Origin: Pedosphaera sp.
Lineage (GTDB): Bacteria; Verrucomicrobiota; Verrucomicrobiia; Limisphaerales; UBA1096
Direction of reading: 5' to 3'
NCBI GenBank assembly: GCA_022451065.1
Contig: JAKUOU010000019.1
Span: 4,203-68,202, forward strand
DNA length: 64,000 bases
The notes under the pieces were generated by a model. It searched no databases. It was given only the letters and a program-made list of their open reading frames with translations, and had not been told where the DNA came from. Shown one piece after another: positions 52,504 to 61,782 of this stretch. Within the stretch, counting starts at the first letter, position 1. Each line of letters opens with the position of its first letter. The position numbers and the translations under genes were made by a program.

Positions 52504-53403
52504 TCAGATCTCGTAGTTGTCGGCCTTTTTCATCACCTTGACGCTGACGTCCTCTGCGATGACGAGGGAGTTGGCCGGTACGCTGTGGATGAGGAACACG
52601 TTGCCACCCACCGTGCTATTTGCGCCAATGATAGTTTTGCCGCCGAGGATGGTTGCGCCCGGATAAATTGTGACATTGTTCTCGATGGTGGGATGCCTCT
52701 TGATCCCGCGCAACTCATCAACGCGTGAGGTGGACTTCGCGCCGAGTGTGACGCCGTGATAAATCTTCACGTGATCCCCGATACGGGTCGTCTCGCCCAC
52801 GACAGTACCGGTTCCGTGGTCGATAAAAAAATGCGAGCCGATCTCCGCGCCGGGGTGGAGGTCAATGCCGGTGCGGCTGTGCGCCCACTCGCTCATGATC
52901 CGCGGGATTAGCGCTACGCCACGCCGGTATAGCTGACGCGCCATTCGCTGAACGGCGATCGTCTCGATGAACGGATAGGCTACCACGACCTCCTCGTGGC
53001 TGATGGCGGCGGGATCCCCTGCGTAGGCCGCTTCGACATCGGTCCTGAGCAGTTCGCGGATGGAGGGGAAGCTGCCAAGGAACTCAGCGGTGAGTTCGCG
53101 GGCCAACTGCCTCGGATTGGCCGCATTATTGCCGGGTGGCTTGTACTCGATGCTCTTGGTGATCTCGTCCTCGAGCCGGCCACTAACGCTGTCCATCAGC
53201 ATTGAAATCTCGACCTTCAGCTCGGCGGTCTGAACCGGTTTTTCATCAAAAAAACCAGGCAGCAGTAGCCGCAGCAGGTCGGTGGTGATCGACGCGATGG
53301 CAAACTTGGACGGCAGGTTGCCCCCATCTAAATGATTGATGCCGCCCACCTTTGCGTAGGAGGCGATCAGCTCATTGGTCAACTGGGTGATGCTTTCGCT
53401 CAC
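52504..53403 (-). CDS. cysE: serine O-acetyltransferase (long form)
   Basis: Hexapeptide-repeat region DLHPGAEIGSHFFIDHGTGTVVGETTRIGDHVKIYHGVTLG. Confidence 0.85.
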   Translation of the reverse strand: MSESITQLTNELIASYAKVGGINHLDGGNLPSKFAIASITTDLLRLLLPGFFDEKPVQTAELKVEISMLMDSVSGRLEDEITKSIEYKPPGNNAANPRQLARELTAEFLGSFPSIRELLRTDVEAAYAGDPAAISHEEVVVAYPFIETIAVQRMARQLYRRGVALIPRIMSEWAHSRTGIDLHPGAEIGSHFFIDHGTGTVVGETTRIGDHVKIYHGVTLGAKSTSRVDELRGIKRHPTIENNVTIYPGATILGGKTIIGANSTVGGNVFLIHSVPANSLVIAEDVSVKVMKKADNYEI

Positions 53404-53451
53404 GACCGAAGTATCGGCTAATCCACCAAAATGGCAAGAAGCGGCCAGCCA

Positions 53452-54024
53452 TCAAGGCGCGACCCACGCGACGCGCCAGTCGCTGCCTGTCCACGTGAAT
53501 TGCGCGCGTTGATGACGTTCGTTGTCGAGTTGTAGCCAGTCGATAAACGTGATTTCGGCGATGAGCACGGTGAAATTTGCATAGGCAGCAGTGTAGGCAC
53601 CGGCTTGTGCTTGACCAAGCGAAGGGTCGTCGATCGGCAAGCCGGGAGCGTTTGGCGTGGCGTAATTGCGCTTGTTGGCCTCAGGCACAGCGGCCCAGGC
53701 GGTGCGGGTGACTTCATCGTCGTGATGCACGGTAACCCTCCCGTTGGCGCGAACCTGCACCTTGGTTTGCGGATCAAAAAAATGCCAGGCCACCCGTGGG
53801 TCTTTGCGGAAACCAGGCACCTTGGTCGAACGAACATCAGTCTGGGCGATGAGTTGGCGAGTTACCGGATCGACTGAGCGAAGCACCATTGTACGTACTT
53901 CGGGGCCATTGAGCCCGTGGGCGCCCAGTACCGGCAACCTCCACGGGTGATCCGCTTGGTCGGTCGCCTTGGCCAAGCCGCTCCAGGTTTGTTCGAGGAT
54001 GGTTTGAAGTTTGTCGCTGCTCAT
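53452..54024 (-). CDS. pyridoxamine 5'-phosphate oxidase family (FMN-binding split barrel) protein
   Basis: 190 aa. PEVRTMVLRSVD and RVAWHFFDPQTKVQVRANG resemble the PNPOx-like fold. Moderate confidence. Confidence 0.6.
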   Translation of the reverse strand: MSSDKLQTILEQTWSGLAKATDQADHPWRLPVLGAHGLNGPEVRTMVLRSVDPVTRQLIAQTDVRSTKVPGFRKDPRVAWHFFDPQTKVQVRANGRVTVHHDDEVTRTAWAAVPEANKRNYATPNAPGLPIDDPSLGQAQAGAYTAAYANFTVLIAEITFIDWLQLDNERHQRAQFTWTGSDWRVAWVAP

Positions 54025-54128
54025 CCGTTGGCCAATTCAACGGTGAAACCCAGCCGCTCGAAAGCCAAAAGTGCACCGCGACCGAACTTGGTTTCGCTTG
54101 AAGCGTGTCGTAGGTTGTCGCCGCGCTG

Positions 54129-54860
54129 ATGTCCAAGTCGAGTCGAGAACATGTGTACGGATTGAACCCCGCCTTCGAGGTGTTACGGGCGGGGAGGCGC
54201 CGTGTGTACTCGGCTCACCTGAACGAAGGCATGCGTGACAACACGCGCGTAAAAAAACTGGTCGGCGGCCTAGAGTGCAATAAAGTCGAAATCGACTGGA
54301 CGGACAAGGGTCGCCTGATGCAGCTCTCCGGCAGCCGCGATCACCAGGGTGTCGTGCTCAAGACATCACTCTACCCATATGCCGAATTTGATGAGTTGCT
54401 CGGCGTGCCGCGCATGCTGCTGCTCGACAACGTGGAGGATCCACACAACGTCGGCGCGATTCTCCGCAGCGCCGAGGTGTTCGGTTTCAGCTCCGTTTGC
54501 CTGCCGAAGAAGGGCGTGCCGGAGGTTTACCCGTCGGTGGTCAAGGTCAGCGCCGGCGCAACTGAGTTCATGAAAATCTGTCGCAGCGATTCAGCCAACG
54601 TCTACGCCCGCAAGGCGGCTGAGTCCGGTTACCGCATTGTCGCGTTGGACAGGGCCGGTAAAACGTCGCTGGAGGAAGTTGCCGCAGTCAGACCGGATAA
54701 ACTGCTACTCGTGATCGGCGGCGAGGATCGTTCGGTCGGCCAATTCATCCTCAACATGGCCGACGACGTGGTGGGCATCACCCAGCGCGGCCGTGTTAAT
54801 TCGCTCAATGCCTCTGTTGCCGCCGGCATTGCCATGTTCTCCCTTGGCCAAGCCGAGTAG
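54129..54860 (+). CDS. rlmB: 23S rRNA (guanosine-2'-O)-methyltransferase, SpoU/TrmH family
   Basis: LLLDNVEDPHNVGAILRSAEVFG, LVIGGEDRSVG, SLNASVAAGIAMF. Confidence 0.8.
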   Translation: MSKSSREHVYGLNPAFEVLRAGRRRVYSAHLNEGMRDNTRVKKLVGGLECNKVEIDWTDKGRLMQLSGSRDHQGVVLKTSLYPYAEFDELLGVPRMLLLDNVEDPHNVGAILRSAEVFGFSSVCLPKKGVPEVYPSVVKVSAGATEFMKICRSDSANVYARKAAESGYRIVALDRAGKTSLEEVAAVRPDKLLLVIGGEDRSVGQFILNMADDVVGITQRGRVNSLNASVAAGIAMFSLGQAE

Positions 54861-54877
54861 CTCACTATAATCCGGGC

Positions 54878-55357
54878 GTGGTTCATACTGGAATTGGGTA
54901 CGATGTGCATCGCCTTGTGGAGGGTCGGCCGCTTTGGCTGGGCGGCGTGGAGTTCGAGCACGACCATGGACTCGACGGCCATTCAGACGCCGACGTGCTG
55001 ATGCACGCGATCTGCGACGCGGTGCTGGGGGCGATCGGCGAAGGTGACATCGGTAGCTATTTCCCGCCCAGCGATCCGCAGTGGAAGGATGCGCCTAGCC
55101 GGATTTTTTTGGCGGAGGCGGCCGCGCTTGTCAGCAAAGGAGGTGGCAAAATTGTGAACATCGACGCGACGCTGATTGCGGAAGCCCCAAAAATTCTCCC
55201 GCACGTTCCGGCGATGAAAGTTGCGGTCGCCCAAGCGCTGTACATTTCTCCGGATCAGGTCGGCATCAAGGCGACGACGAATGAGTTGCTTGGGTTCCTC
55301 GGGCGTGGGGAGGGCATGGCCGCGATGGCCGTCGCGGCTGTCAACATGCCGGACTGA
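54878..55357 (+). CDS. ispF: 2-C-methyl-D-erythritol 2,4-cyclodiphosphate synthase
   Basis: GIGYDVHRL, GHSDADVLMHAICDAVLGA, DATLIAEAPKI. GTG start. Confidence 0.9.
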   Translation: MVHTGIGYDVHRLVEGRPLWLGGVEFEHDHGLDGHSDADVLMHAICDAVLGAIGEGDIGSYFPPSDPQWKDAPSRIFLAEAAALVSKGGGKIVNIDATLIAEAPKILPHVPAMKVAVAQALYISPDQVGIKATTNELLGFLGRGEGMAAMAVAAVNMPD

Positions 55358-55358
55358 A

Positions 55359-55637
55359 ATGGGGGCCAAGGGCGAGATCAGCTGGAAGCGGCGCGATGAG
55401 CATGGCGAGCGAATGGAGTGCTACGCCCGCAACGAGCGCGGTACGTGGAAGTTTTTCCGTCGAGAACGGCGCTTTGAAAATTGGGAGGTATATCCTGAGC
55501 CGGCGTTTGAGGACTGGATGGAGCTACTTGACAGCGTCCGGCGGCGTATCCCCCGGCGCAAGATGGAACCGGCAGACGAGCAGCGACTCGTCTGCACGAT
55601 TAAGGAGAAGTTTCCGGATCAAAGAGATCAGATCTGA
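55359..55637 (+). CDS. hypothetical protein (92 aa, Arg/Glu-rich)
   Basis: ORF 55221..55637 trimmed to ATG 55359, directly after the ispF stop. No motif recognised. Confidence 0.4.
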   Translation: MGAKGEISWKRRDEHGERMECYARNERGTWKFFRRERRFENWEVYPEPAFEDWMELLDSVRRRIPRRKMEPADEQRLVCTIKEKFPDQRDQI

Positions 55638-55644
55638 ATAGGTA

Positions 55645-56253
55645 TCAAATATCGACATCCTCAGGGCGAACCTCGAGGCATTCATCCTGATCCTCCCACG
55701 CCACCGCCGGGTAAATCTCGAGCAGCGCCTGTGCCAGTTGGGAGCCCGCCTGGACCAACAGTTTTTCCGCAGACTTTGCCGACAACTCGAACAGTTTGTC
55801 GTAGTCGGGTGGCAGTTTCTTGCCATCATCCTCCCAGTGCGCGACGGAATGCGCCTTGTCGTAACAAGTCGACCACGTGTCGAATACCTGCATCATCTCA
55901 CCCGGCAGATTATCAAGCTTCACGCACGTTTCGCCACAGTGTTTGCAGACTAGGCCGACGTCGAACACGTCGCGGGAGAGCACCGGCAGCAGCGGGGCGC
56001 GGCAACACTCTGCCGCGGTATATTCGGCGGGGATGATGACCATGCCCTTGAGCCAGATCTGCCGGTCGTGCGCCGTGTGTGCCGCCAGTTCGTAGGTCTG
56101 TAGCAGCGGATGGGAGAGCCGCCAGGCGTGTCCGGAGAGTTGGCCCAGCGTCTGCGCCATCCAGCGTGCAAGCGACAAGTCGTCCATTTCCACGAACACC
56201 TGGCTGTATCCCATCCACAGCTGGTCGTGTTTGGAGTTTTCCTCACGAGCCAT
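55645..56253 (-). CDS. hypothetical protein (202 aa, contains CKHCGETC)
   Basis: ORF 55645..56475 trimmed to ATG 56253. Divergent from recG with a 14-bp spacer. Confidence 0.45.
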   Translation of the reverse strand: MAREENSKHDQLWMGYSQVFVEMDDLSLARWMAQTLGQLSGHAWRLSHPLLQTYELAAHTAHDRQIWLKGMVIIPAEYTAAECCRAPLLPVLSRDVFDVGLVCKHCGETCVKLDNLPGEMMQVFDTWSTCYDKAHSVAHWEDDGKKLPPDYDKLFELSAKSAEKLLVQAGSQLAQALLEIYPAVAWEDQDECLEVRPEDVDI

Positions 56254-56267
56254 CGGCGGGGGATTGT

Positions 56268-58349
56268 ATGGTCGTACCTGGCCTAGCAAAAGGCAAACCG
56301 ACGACCGGCTTGGCCCAGCACTGGCTTGACGGTACAACTGGCGCAGTGTCCGAGGTAGAGAAAGATCCACTTGGCCAACCGGTGGCGGCGTTGCCCGGCA
56401 TCGGCGGCGAGCGTGCGGCGCGCTTAGCCAAGCTGGGCATCCGCACCGTCGGAGACCTGTTGTGGCACGGGCCAAGGCGTTACGAGGATCGCAATCGACC
56501 GAACGAGGCTAAGGGTTTGTCCAAGGGCGACACCGGCACGGTCGCCGGGCCGATTGTCGTGGCCGGCGTCAAGCGGATGCGACACGGCAAGAGTTTGTTC
56601 GAGTTGATCCTCGACGACGGCACGGCACGGCTGCATTGCCGCTGGTGGAACATGCCTTACATGGGGCGCTACTACAAAACCGGCGACTTCGTCCACGTGC
56701 ACGGCAAGCTCACTTCGGATAAACCGCGTACGATGAATCACCCCGAGGCAGAGGTCGCCGAGGAAGGAGAGGAGTTCATCCACCTCAAGCGCGTTGTGCC
56801 GGTGTACCGGCTGACCGACGGCATCAAGCAACGCTGGCTGCGTACCGTCATGTGGCGGGCGGTGGATCAGTTCGCTGACTTGGAGCCGGACACCAATCTC
56901 GGATTACTGGACGCTGACGACAGCCATTGGCTGCCGTTGGCGGAGGCGTTTCGTGCCGTCCACTTCCCCGACGATCTAGGGCAAACGGAGATGGCTCGCG
57001 AGCGTCTGGCGCTGGAGGAGTTCATCCGGTTTCAGCGGCAAATCCGCGAGAGGCGAAAGATATTTCAGGCCAAGGTCAAGGCGTTGCCGTGCGTCGGAGA
57101 CAACCGGCTGATGACGCCGTTTTTGAATGCGCTCGGCTTTACATTTACCGGTGCGCAGCAGCGTGCATGGGACGAAATTGCCTACGGCATGGCCGGCTCG
57201 TACCCGATGCGTCGACTGCTGCAGGGCGACGTTGGTTCCGGCAAAACCGCCGTCGCCGCGTGCGCTGCATTGCGGGCGATCGAGAGCGGCTTCAGCGTGG
57301 TGATCCTGGCGCCGACTGAGATTTTGGCGGAGCAGCACCATCGCGTTTTCAGCCATTGGTTTTCCCCTCTAGGTATCCCGGTGCACCTGCATACCGGCAG
57401 CAAAAAAACGATGCACATCAACGATCCGGATCAAGCCGAACTCGGCATGGGGAGTAACTCGTTGCCGCCGCTTGTCATTGGCACGCACGCGCTTGTCGAG
57501 GAGAAGTTCGCGCTCGAGAACATCGGCCTTGCGATCATCGACGAGCAACACAAGTTCGGCGTCGAGCAACGAAAAAAGCTTGTCCGAAAGGGGCGCTATC
57601 CACACGTGCTCGTGATGACTGCTACGCCGATCCCACGCACGCTTGGCCTGACCGTTTACGGCGACCTCGACATCTCGCTGATCGACGAGTTACCGCCTGG
57701 ACGCGGCCAGGTTCGCACGCACATCCGCGACCCTGAGAGCCTGCCAAAGGTGTGGGAGTTCGTTCGCGGAAAACTCGCGGAGGGACGGCAGGCATACGTC
57801 GTGTATCCGCGAGTCGACGATCAGGGTAGTGGTAGCCTCAAGGCGGTCAATCAGGAACTCGAGAACGTGCGCCAGCAACTCGAACCTCACGCCGTCGGAC
57901 TGCTTCATGGACGGCTCAATTCGGCTGAAAAGGAAGAGGTCATAGATAGTTTTCTCGCCGGCGAAATTAAGACACTGCTGGCGACGAGTGTGATCGAGGT
58001 CGGCATCGATATCCCCAACGCGACGATCATGCTCATCGAGAACGCTGACCGGTTCGGCCTGGCGCAGTTGCACCAGTTGCGCGGGCGGATTGGTCGGGGC
58101 GCACACGAGTCGCACTGCATTCTCGTCGCCGGCGAAGTGACCGACGAGGGCCAACGGCGGCTTGATGTCATGGAGAAGGGCGGCGACGGCTTTGCGCTGG
58201 CCGAGGAGGATTTGCGGCAGCGTGGCCCCGGCGAACTGCTCGGCCAGGCGCAAAGCGGCCTACCGGATTTCAATTTTGGCGACCTGATCAAGGACTGGCG
58301 ACTGATCCAAAAAGCGCGCGATCTTGTTGCCCTCGAGCCCGCCGGTTAG
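56268..58349 (+). CDS. recG: ATP-dependent DNA helicase RecG
   Basis: ORF 56079..58349 trimmed to ATG 56268. Wedge/OB domain, LLQGDVGSGKT, IIDEQHKFG, MTATPIPRTL, QLHQLRGRIGRG. Confidence 0.9.
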   Translation: MVVPGLAKGKPTTGLAQHWLDGTTGAVSEVEKDPLGQPVAALPGIGGERAARLAKLGIRTVGDLLWHGPRRYEDRNRPNEAKGLSKGDTGTVAGPIVVAGVKRMRHGKSLFELILDDGTARLHCRWWNMPYMGRYYKTGDFVHVHGKLTSDKPRTMNHPEAEVAEEGEEFIHLKRVVPVYRLTDGIKQRWLRTVMWRAVDQFADLEPDTNLGLLDADDSHWLPLAEAFRAVHFPDDLGQTEMARERLALEEFIRFQRQIRERRKIFQAKVKALPCVGDNRLMTPFLNALGFTFTGAQQRAWDEIAYGMAGSYPMRRLLQGDVGSGKTAVAACAALRAIESGFSVVILAPTEILAEQHHRVFSHWFSPLGIPVHLHTGSKKTMHINDPDQAELGMGSNSLPPLVIGTHALVEEKFALENIGLAIIDEQHKFGVEQRKKLVRKGRYPHVLVMTATPIPRTLGLTVYGDLDISLIDELPPGRGQVRTHIRDPESLPKVWEFVRGKLAEGRQAYVVYPRVDDQGSGSLKAVNQELENVRQQLEPHAVGLLHGRLNSAEKEEVIDSFLAGEIKTLLATSVIEVGIDIPNATIMLIENADRFGLAQLHQLRGRIGRGAHESHCILVAGEVTDEGQRRLDVMEKGGDGFALAEEDLRQRGPGELLGQAQSGLPDFNFGDLIKDWRLIQKARDLVALEPAG

Positions 58350-59128
58350 CTGCCGAAAAGGCGGACGAAATTTTCTTCCACGCGCCTGGCCAAGTCGTCG
58401 GGCGCTTGGCCAAGCGCCTCGGCGGCGGCCTCGTTCACGGCGGCGATGTTGGCTGGGTGGTTGACCGCTTGGCCAAGCGGATGAGTGACGCGATCTTCAG
58501 GCAGTCCTTGGTCGGGGGCGTCGGTCTCGATGAGTAGTCGGTCGGTCGGCACTCGGCGGAAGGTGTCGCGCTGGCGCGTTTTGCGTTCATGCGCGAAGGC
58601 ACCGGGAAAGCTGAAGTAGGCGCCGATTGAGGCCAACGGCTCGATCATCTCCGCCGGGCCACCGTAGCTGTGAAGTAGAAAACCGCGCCTAGGCAATGGG
58701 CTGTTGCGGAGGAGATCGTGGAGGCGCCCCCAAGTCTTGAGACAATGAAGGCTTGCGGGGAGATTACGCTCGGCAGCCAGGCTGAGTTGGGCGGTGAAAA
58801 CTTTCTCCTGTTCGTCGTAACTCAGGCCGGGCTTCCAGCGGTCGAGGCCGATTTCACCGACAACACTTGGGCAAGCGTCGAGATGTTGCTCGAGTTTGGC
58901 CAGCCAACTTGGCGTGCGCTCGTGGACGAACCAAGGGTGCAGGCCGAAGCTGGGCATCACACAGTCGTGGCGACTGGCCAGGTCGGCGACCGTGGGCCAG
59001 TCGCTCTCGCGGGTGCCGTTGACGACCATTTTGGACAGGCCAACAGCGGTACAATCGGAGATCAGTTCGTCCTGTTGATTGCCGAATCGGGCATCCTGCA
59101 AATGGTTGTGCGCATCGAACAGCCGCAT
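58346..59128 (-). CDS. tatD: TatD family metal-dependent hydrolase
   Basis: MRLFDAHNHL..., GEIGLD, LHSY, ETDAPD. Confidence 0.85.
   Translation of the reverse strand: MRLFDAHNHLQDARFGNQQDELISDCTAVGLSKMVVNGTRESDWPTVADLASRHDCVMPSFGLHPWFVHERTPSWLAKLEQHLDACPSVVGEIGLDRWKPGLSYDEQEKVFTAQLSLAAERNLPASLHCLKTWGRLHDLLRNSPLPRRGFLLHSYGGPAEMIEPLASIGAYFSFPGAFAHERKTRQRDTFRRVPTDRLLIETDAPDQGLPEDRVTHPLGQAVNHPANIAAVNEAAAEALGQAPDDLARRVEENFVRLFGS
58401..58418. repeat. iterated palindrome copy, 18 bp, inside CDS
   Basis: GGCGCTTGGCCAAGCGCC, the longest perfect copy. Lies in the 3' end of tatD (A-L-G-Q-A on the minus strand). Confidence 0.9.
58464..58479. repeat. iterated palindrome copy, 16 bp, inside CDS
   Basis: CCGCTTGGCCAAGCGG, 46 bp from the previous copy. 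A third degenerate copy (CCTGGCCAAGTC) lies at about 58385-58396. Confidence 0.9.
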
Positions 59129-59140
59129 CGGGATTGGCGA

Positions 59141-60238
59141 CTATTCATCGAAGCGAAGCCGGAAGAATTGCGCTTTGCCTAGTTTAGCTTCGATGGGGAA
59201 TTCGAGTATTGCGGTTTCACCCGGGAAACGACTGGCATGACTCCAGAAGAGCAGGTCGTGAGTCGTCTCGACGATGGCCGTCGAGCCGGCTGGCAATTCG
59301 GTGTTTAGCGTGAACCGGTTTTCGTCTGCAATAATGTTGAGCCGGACGGCGGCTTGTTTGCGCAATTGCCGGTACTTGCCGTCAGGGAGTCGGGTGGGGA
59401 CGTGGTACTTTGGATCGGTGAGGATTTTGACGATGGACTTGTCCTTGGCTCGCAGTTTTTTAGGCGTATTGAGTTTCCACTCATGCTCAATGTTTTCGCC
59501 CCGACCCTTAAAATCCTGTCCGTTGAGCAGGCTGGTGAGAGCCCAGTAAACATACTCGGTGATCTGGCAGCCGTAGTCGCAGGTGCGGTCGTCGTAGGAG
59601 TACCAGGCACTGGCGGGATAGCGGCGCGGCACGGTACGGAAGTAGCCGCCACGCGCAATGTCCATCGCGTTGGCAAGCTCAGAGCCGCGGCGTTCGCCGA
59701 ATACTTTTGGGTAAACACCAGCGTAACCGACCGATGTGATAATGTGCAAAATCTCCTCGATGGAGGCATCAAACTCGCGCGACTCGGGGTTGTGCGGCCC
59801 GGCGTTGGGCAGCGTCTCGGTGGCGTACAGGCCCTGCAGCGCATAGTCGTCGAACATCTCACCATAACGATCGTGGAGCCGTTCGAGTTCTCGCTCATCG
59901 TAGCCCATGACGATCGCCGACCGCTCGTTCCAGAGTTTGTCGTTTACTTTTGGGTTGTCCGGTTTGCCATCGCGATCGTTGTCGAGGAAATCTGCGGTTA
60001 TGTCAGCGGCGTGCAGCAGTTTGGCATCCGGCACGCGGTCGGTCGCTTGGATGTACAGTCCGAACACCTGGACATGCTTCGGCAACGCCGACTTGAGCCC
60101 GGGCAGACGGTTGTTTTTGCCGCTGTGGATCTTGAAATCCGGCTCGGCAGCTTGGCCAACCGGCGTCATGAGAAAATAAAATAGGGCCGCGCAGATGGAC
60201 GCGGTGACCCTATTGAAATGTCTTATTGTTGCGCCCAT
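59141..60238 (-). CDS. hypothetical secreted protein
   Basis: 365 aa with a signal peptide (ICAALFYFLMTPVGQAAEP). No motif recognised. Confidence 0.5.
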   Translation of the reverse strand: MGATIRHFNRVTASICAALFYFLMTPVGQAAEPDFKIHSGKNNRLPGLKSALPKHVQVFGLYIQATDRVPDAKLLHAADITADFLDNDRDGKPDNPKVNDKLWNERSAIVMGYDERELERLHDRYGEMFDDYALQGLYATETLPNAGPHNPESREFDASIEEILHIITSVGYAGVYPKVFGERRGSELANAMDIARGGYFRTVPRRYPASAWYSYDDRTCDYGCQITEYVYWALTSLLNGQDFKGRGENIEHEWKLNTPKKLRAKDKSIVKILTDPKYHVPTRLPDGKYRQLRKQAAVRLNIIADENRFTLNTELPAGSTAIVETTHDLLFWSHASRFPGETAILEFPIEAKLGKAQFFRLRFDE

Positions 60239-60244
60239 TGGTTG

Positions 60245-60255
60245 TGGCCAAGCGC
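60245..60255. repeat. iterated palindrome half-copy, intergenic
   Basis: TGGCCAAGCGC, 7 nt upstream of the ATG at 60238 (minus strand) and downstream of the esterase stop. Confidence 0.75.
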
Positions 60256-60271
60256 GTGCCTTAGGCCATAC

Positions 60272-61717
60272 TTATTTCACTTCACCTGTGGTGAATGGTG
60301 AAGCAGGTAGCCCGGCGCCATTAGCCAAGTTTGGTTCAGCTTCCTGATGGTAGCCGAAGCGTATGAACCTGGGTTTCTTCACTGTGTCACTTCTAGCGAC
60401 CACGGTGTTGCCTTTTATTTCCGCCTGGGCGGCTACAAATTTTTCATCCTCACCGGCAACTTCCCAATGGCTCAGGGCTTGGCCGTTGGTTGATTTCAAA
60501 CCATCGGCGTGAGTGAAGCGAACAATTGCGGAGCCCTTGCGGAACAACCAGGGAAATCTTACTGACTTGAACAAGGGGCCGGAGTACTCGATACCCTTCT
60601 TACCATAGTCCTTGGTGAGAGCCCACAGGGCAAGGCGGCGGCCCACTTCCTGTTTGTTGCGTGGATGAATGTCGCGGGTATTGCCGATGTCGGTGGTGAT
60701 CGCCATGCCGGTGTACGGCACCTTTAGCGTCTCCAACTGCGCCTGCCAGATTCCGGCTAGTCGGGTCGGTTCACCACCGTATTTATAGGGCGCCAGTTGC
60801 ACAAAGTAGAAGGGCATTTTTTTGTTGTTCCATATATCACGCCAGCCGTTGATCAGTGCTTTCTTTTTCTCGTAATAGAGCATGCCTTCGCCATTGTTGC
60901 TCTCCCCTTGATACCAAAGCGCCCCCCGGATGCCGTATGGGTTGATCGGTGAAATCATCCCATTATGCAGTGCAAGTGCGGACTGGTGATTTATCGAGCC
61001 GTTGTCGCGTTTTTGCGGGAATGTATCGAGTTTGTCAGCGATATCCTTCAGGGCTGGCACGGACCTAAAACCGCTCGGCGTGGTCCAAGGCTCGATGCGG
61101 GTGCCTCCCCAATTGCAGCCAAGGAGTCCGATCGGCACATCAAGTTCGCCCTGAAGATGGCGCGCAAAAGAGTACCCAACGGCGGTGAAGTTGCCCACCG
61201 TCTTCGGGCTGCAAACCAGCCAACCGTCGGTGGTGACATCTCGCTCTTCCTTGGCGCTCGGGCGGTGCGGAATCTTGATGTGACGAATCAACGGATGCTT
61301 GCCATTAGCGATTTCCTTGTCGGCATTGCCTGATGCGCGAACGGACCATTCCATGTTTGACTGGCCGGAACACAGCCAAACCTCGCCGACAAGCACGTCC
61401 TTAAAATTGATGGTGTTGCTCCCTTTGACGGTGAAGGCGACCGGCGACTTGGAGGCCTTGAGGGATTTTTTTAGTCGCAGACTCCATGCACCGTTCTTGT
61501 CAGCCTCGGCTGTATGTGACTGGCCTGCGACGGAGACGGTCACCGCCTCGCCAGGGTTGGCCCAGCCCCAGATGGGTAGTCGCTGGCCCTGCTGCAAAAC
61601 CATGTGGTCGCTGAAAACTGATGGCAGCTTGACTTCAGCCTGGACAGTCGCGTGGCCAAGCACGAGCGCACCGGCTAAGAAGACAAAACGACGCAGAAAA
61701 GAAATGGAGTAAGCCAT
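60272..61717 (-). CDS. sialate O-acetylesterase-like (SGNH/DUF303) carbohydrate esterase
   Basis: ORF 60272..61753 with ATG 61717 preferred. VWLCSGQSNME catalytic-serine block, WYQGESN. Confidence 0.75.
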   Translation of the reverse strand: MAYSISFLRRFVFLAGALVLGHATVQAEVKLPSVFSDHMVLQQGQRLPIWGWANPGEAVTVSVAGQSHTAEADKNGAWSLRLKKSLKASKSPVAFTVKGSNTINFKDVLVGEVWLCSGQSNMEWSVRASGNADKEIANGKHPLIRHIKIPHRPSAKEERDVTTDGWLVCSPKTVGNFTAVGYSFARHLQGELDVPIGLLGCNWGGTRIEPWTTPSGFRSVPALKDIADKLDTFPQKRDNGSINHQSALALHNGMISPINPYGIRGALWYQGESNNGEGMLYYEKKKALINGWRDIWNNKKMPFYFVQLAPYKYGGEPTRLAGIWQAQLETLKVPYTGMAITTDIGNTRDIHPRNKQEVGRRLALWALTKDYGKKGIEYSGPLFKSVRFPWLFRKGSAIVRFTHADGLKSTNGQALSHWEVAGEDEKFVAAQAEIKGNTVVARSDTVKKPRFIRFGYHQEAEPNLANGAGLPASPFTTGEVK

Positions 61718-61782
61718 GCCCGGAATTGAGCAGACCGTGACCTCTGTCGTCAACTAAAACCCGGGATTTACTTCCGAGGAGT

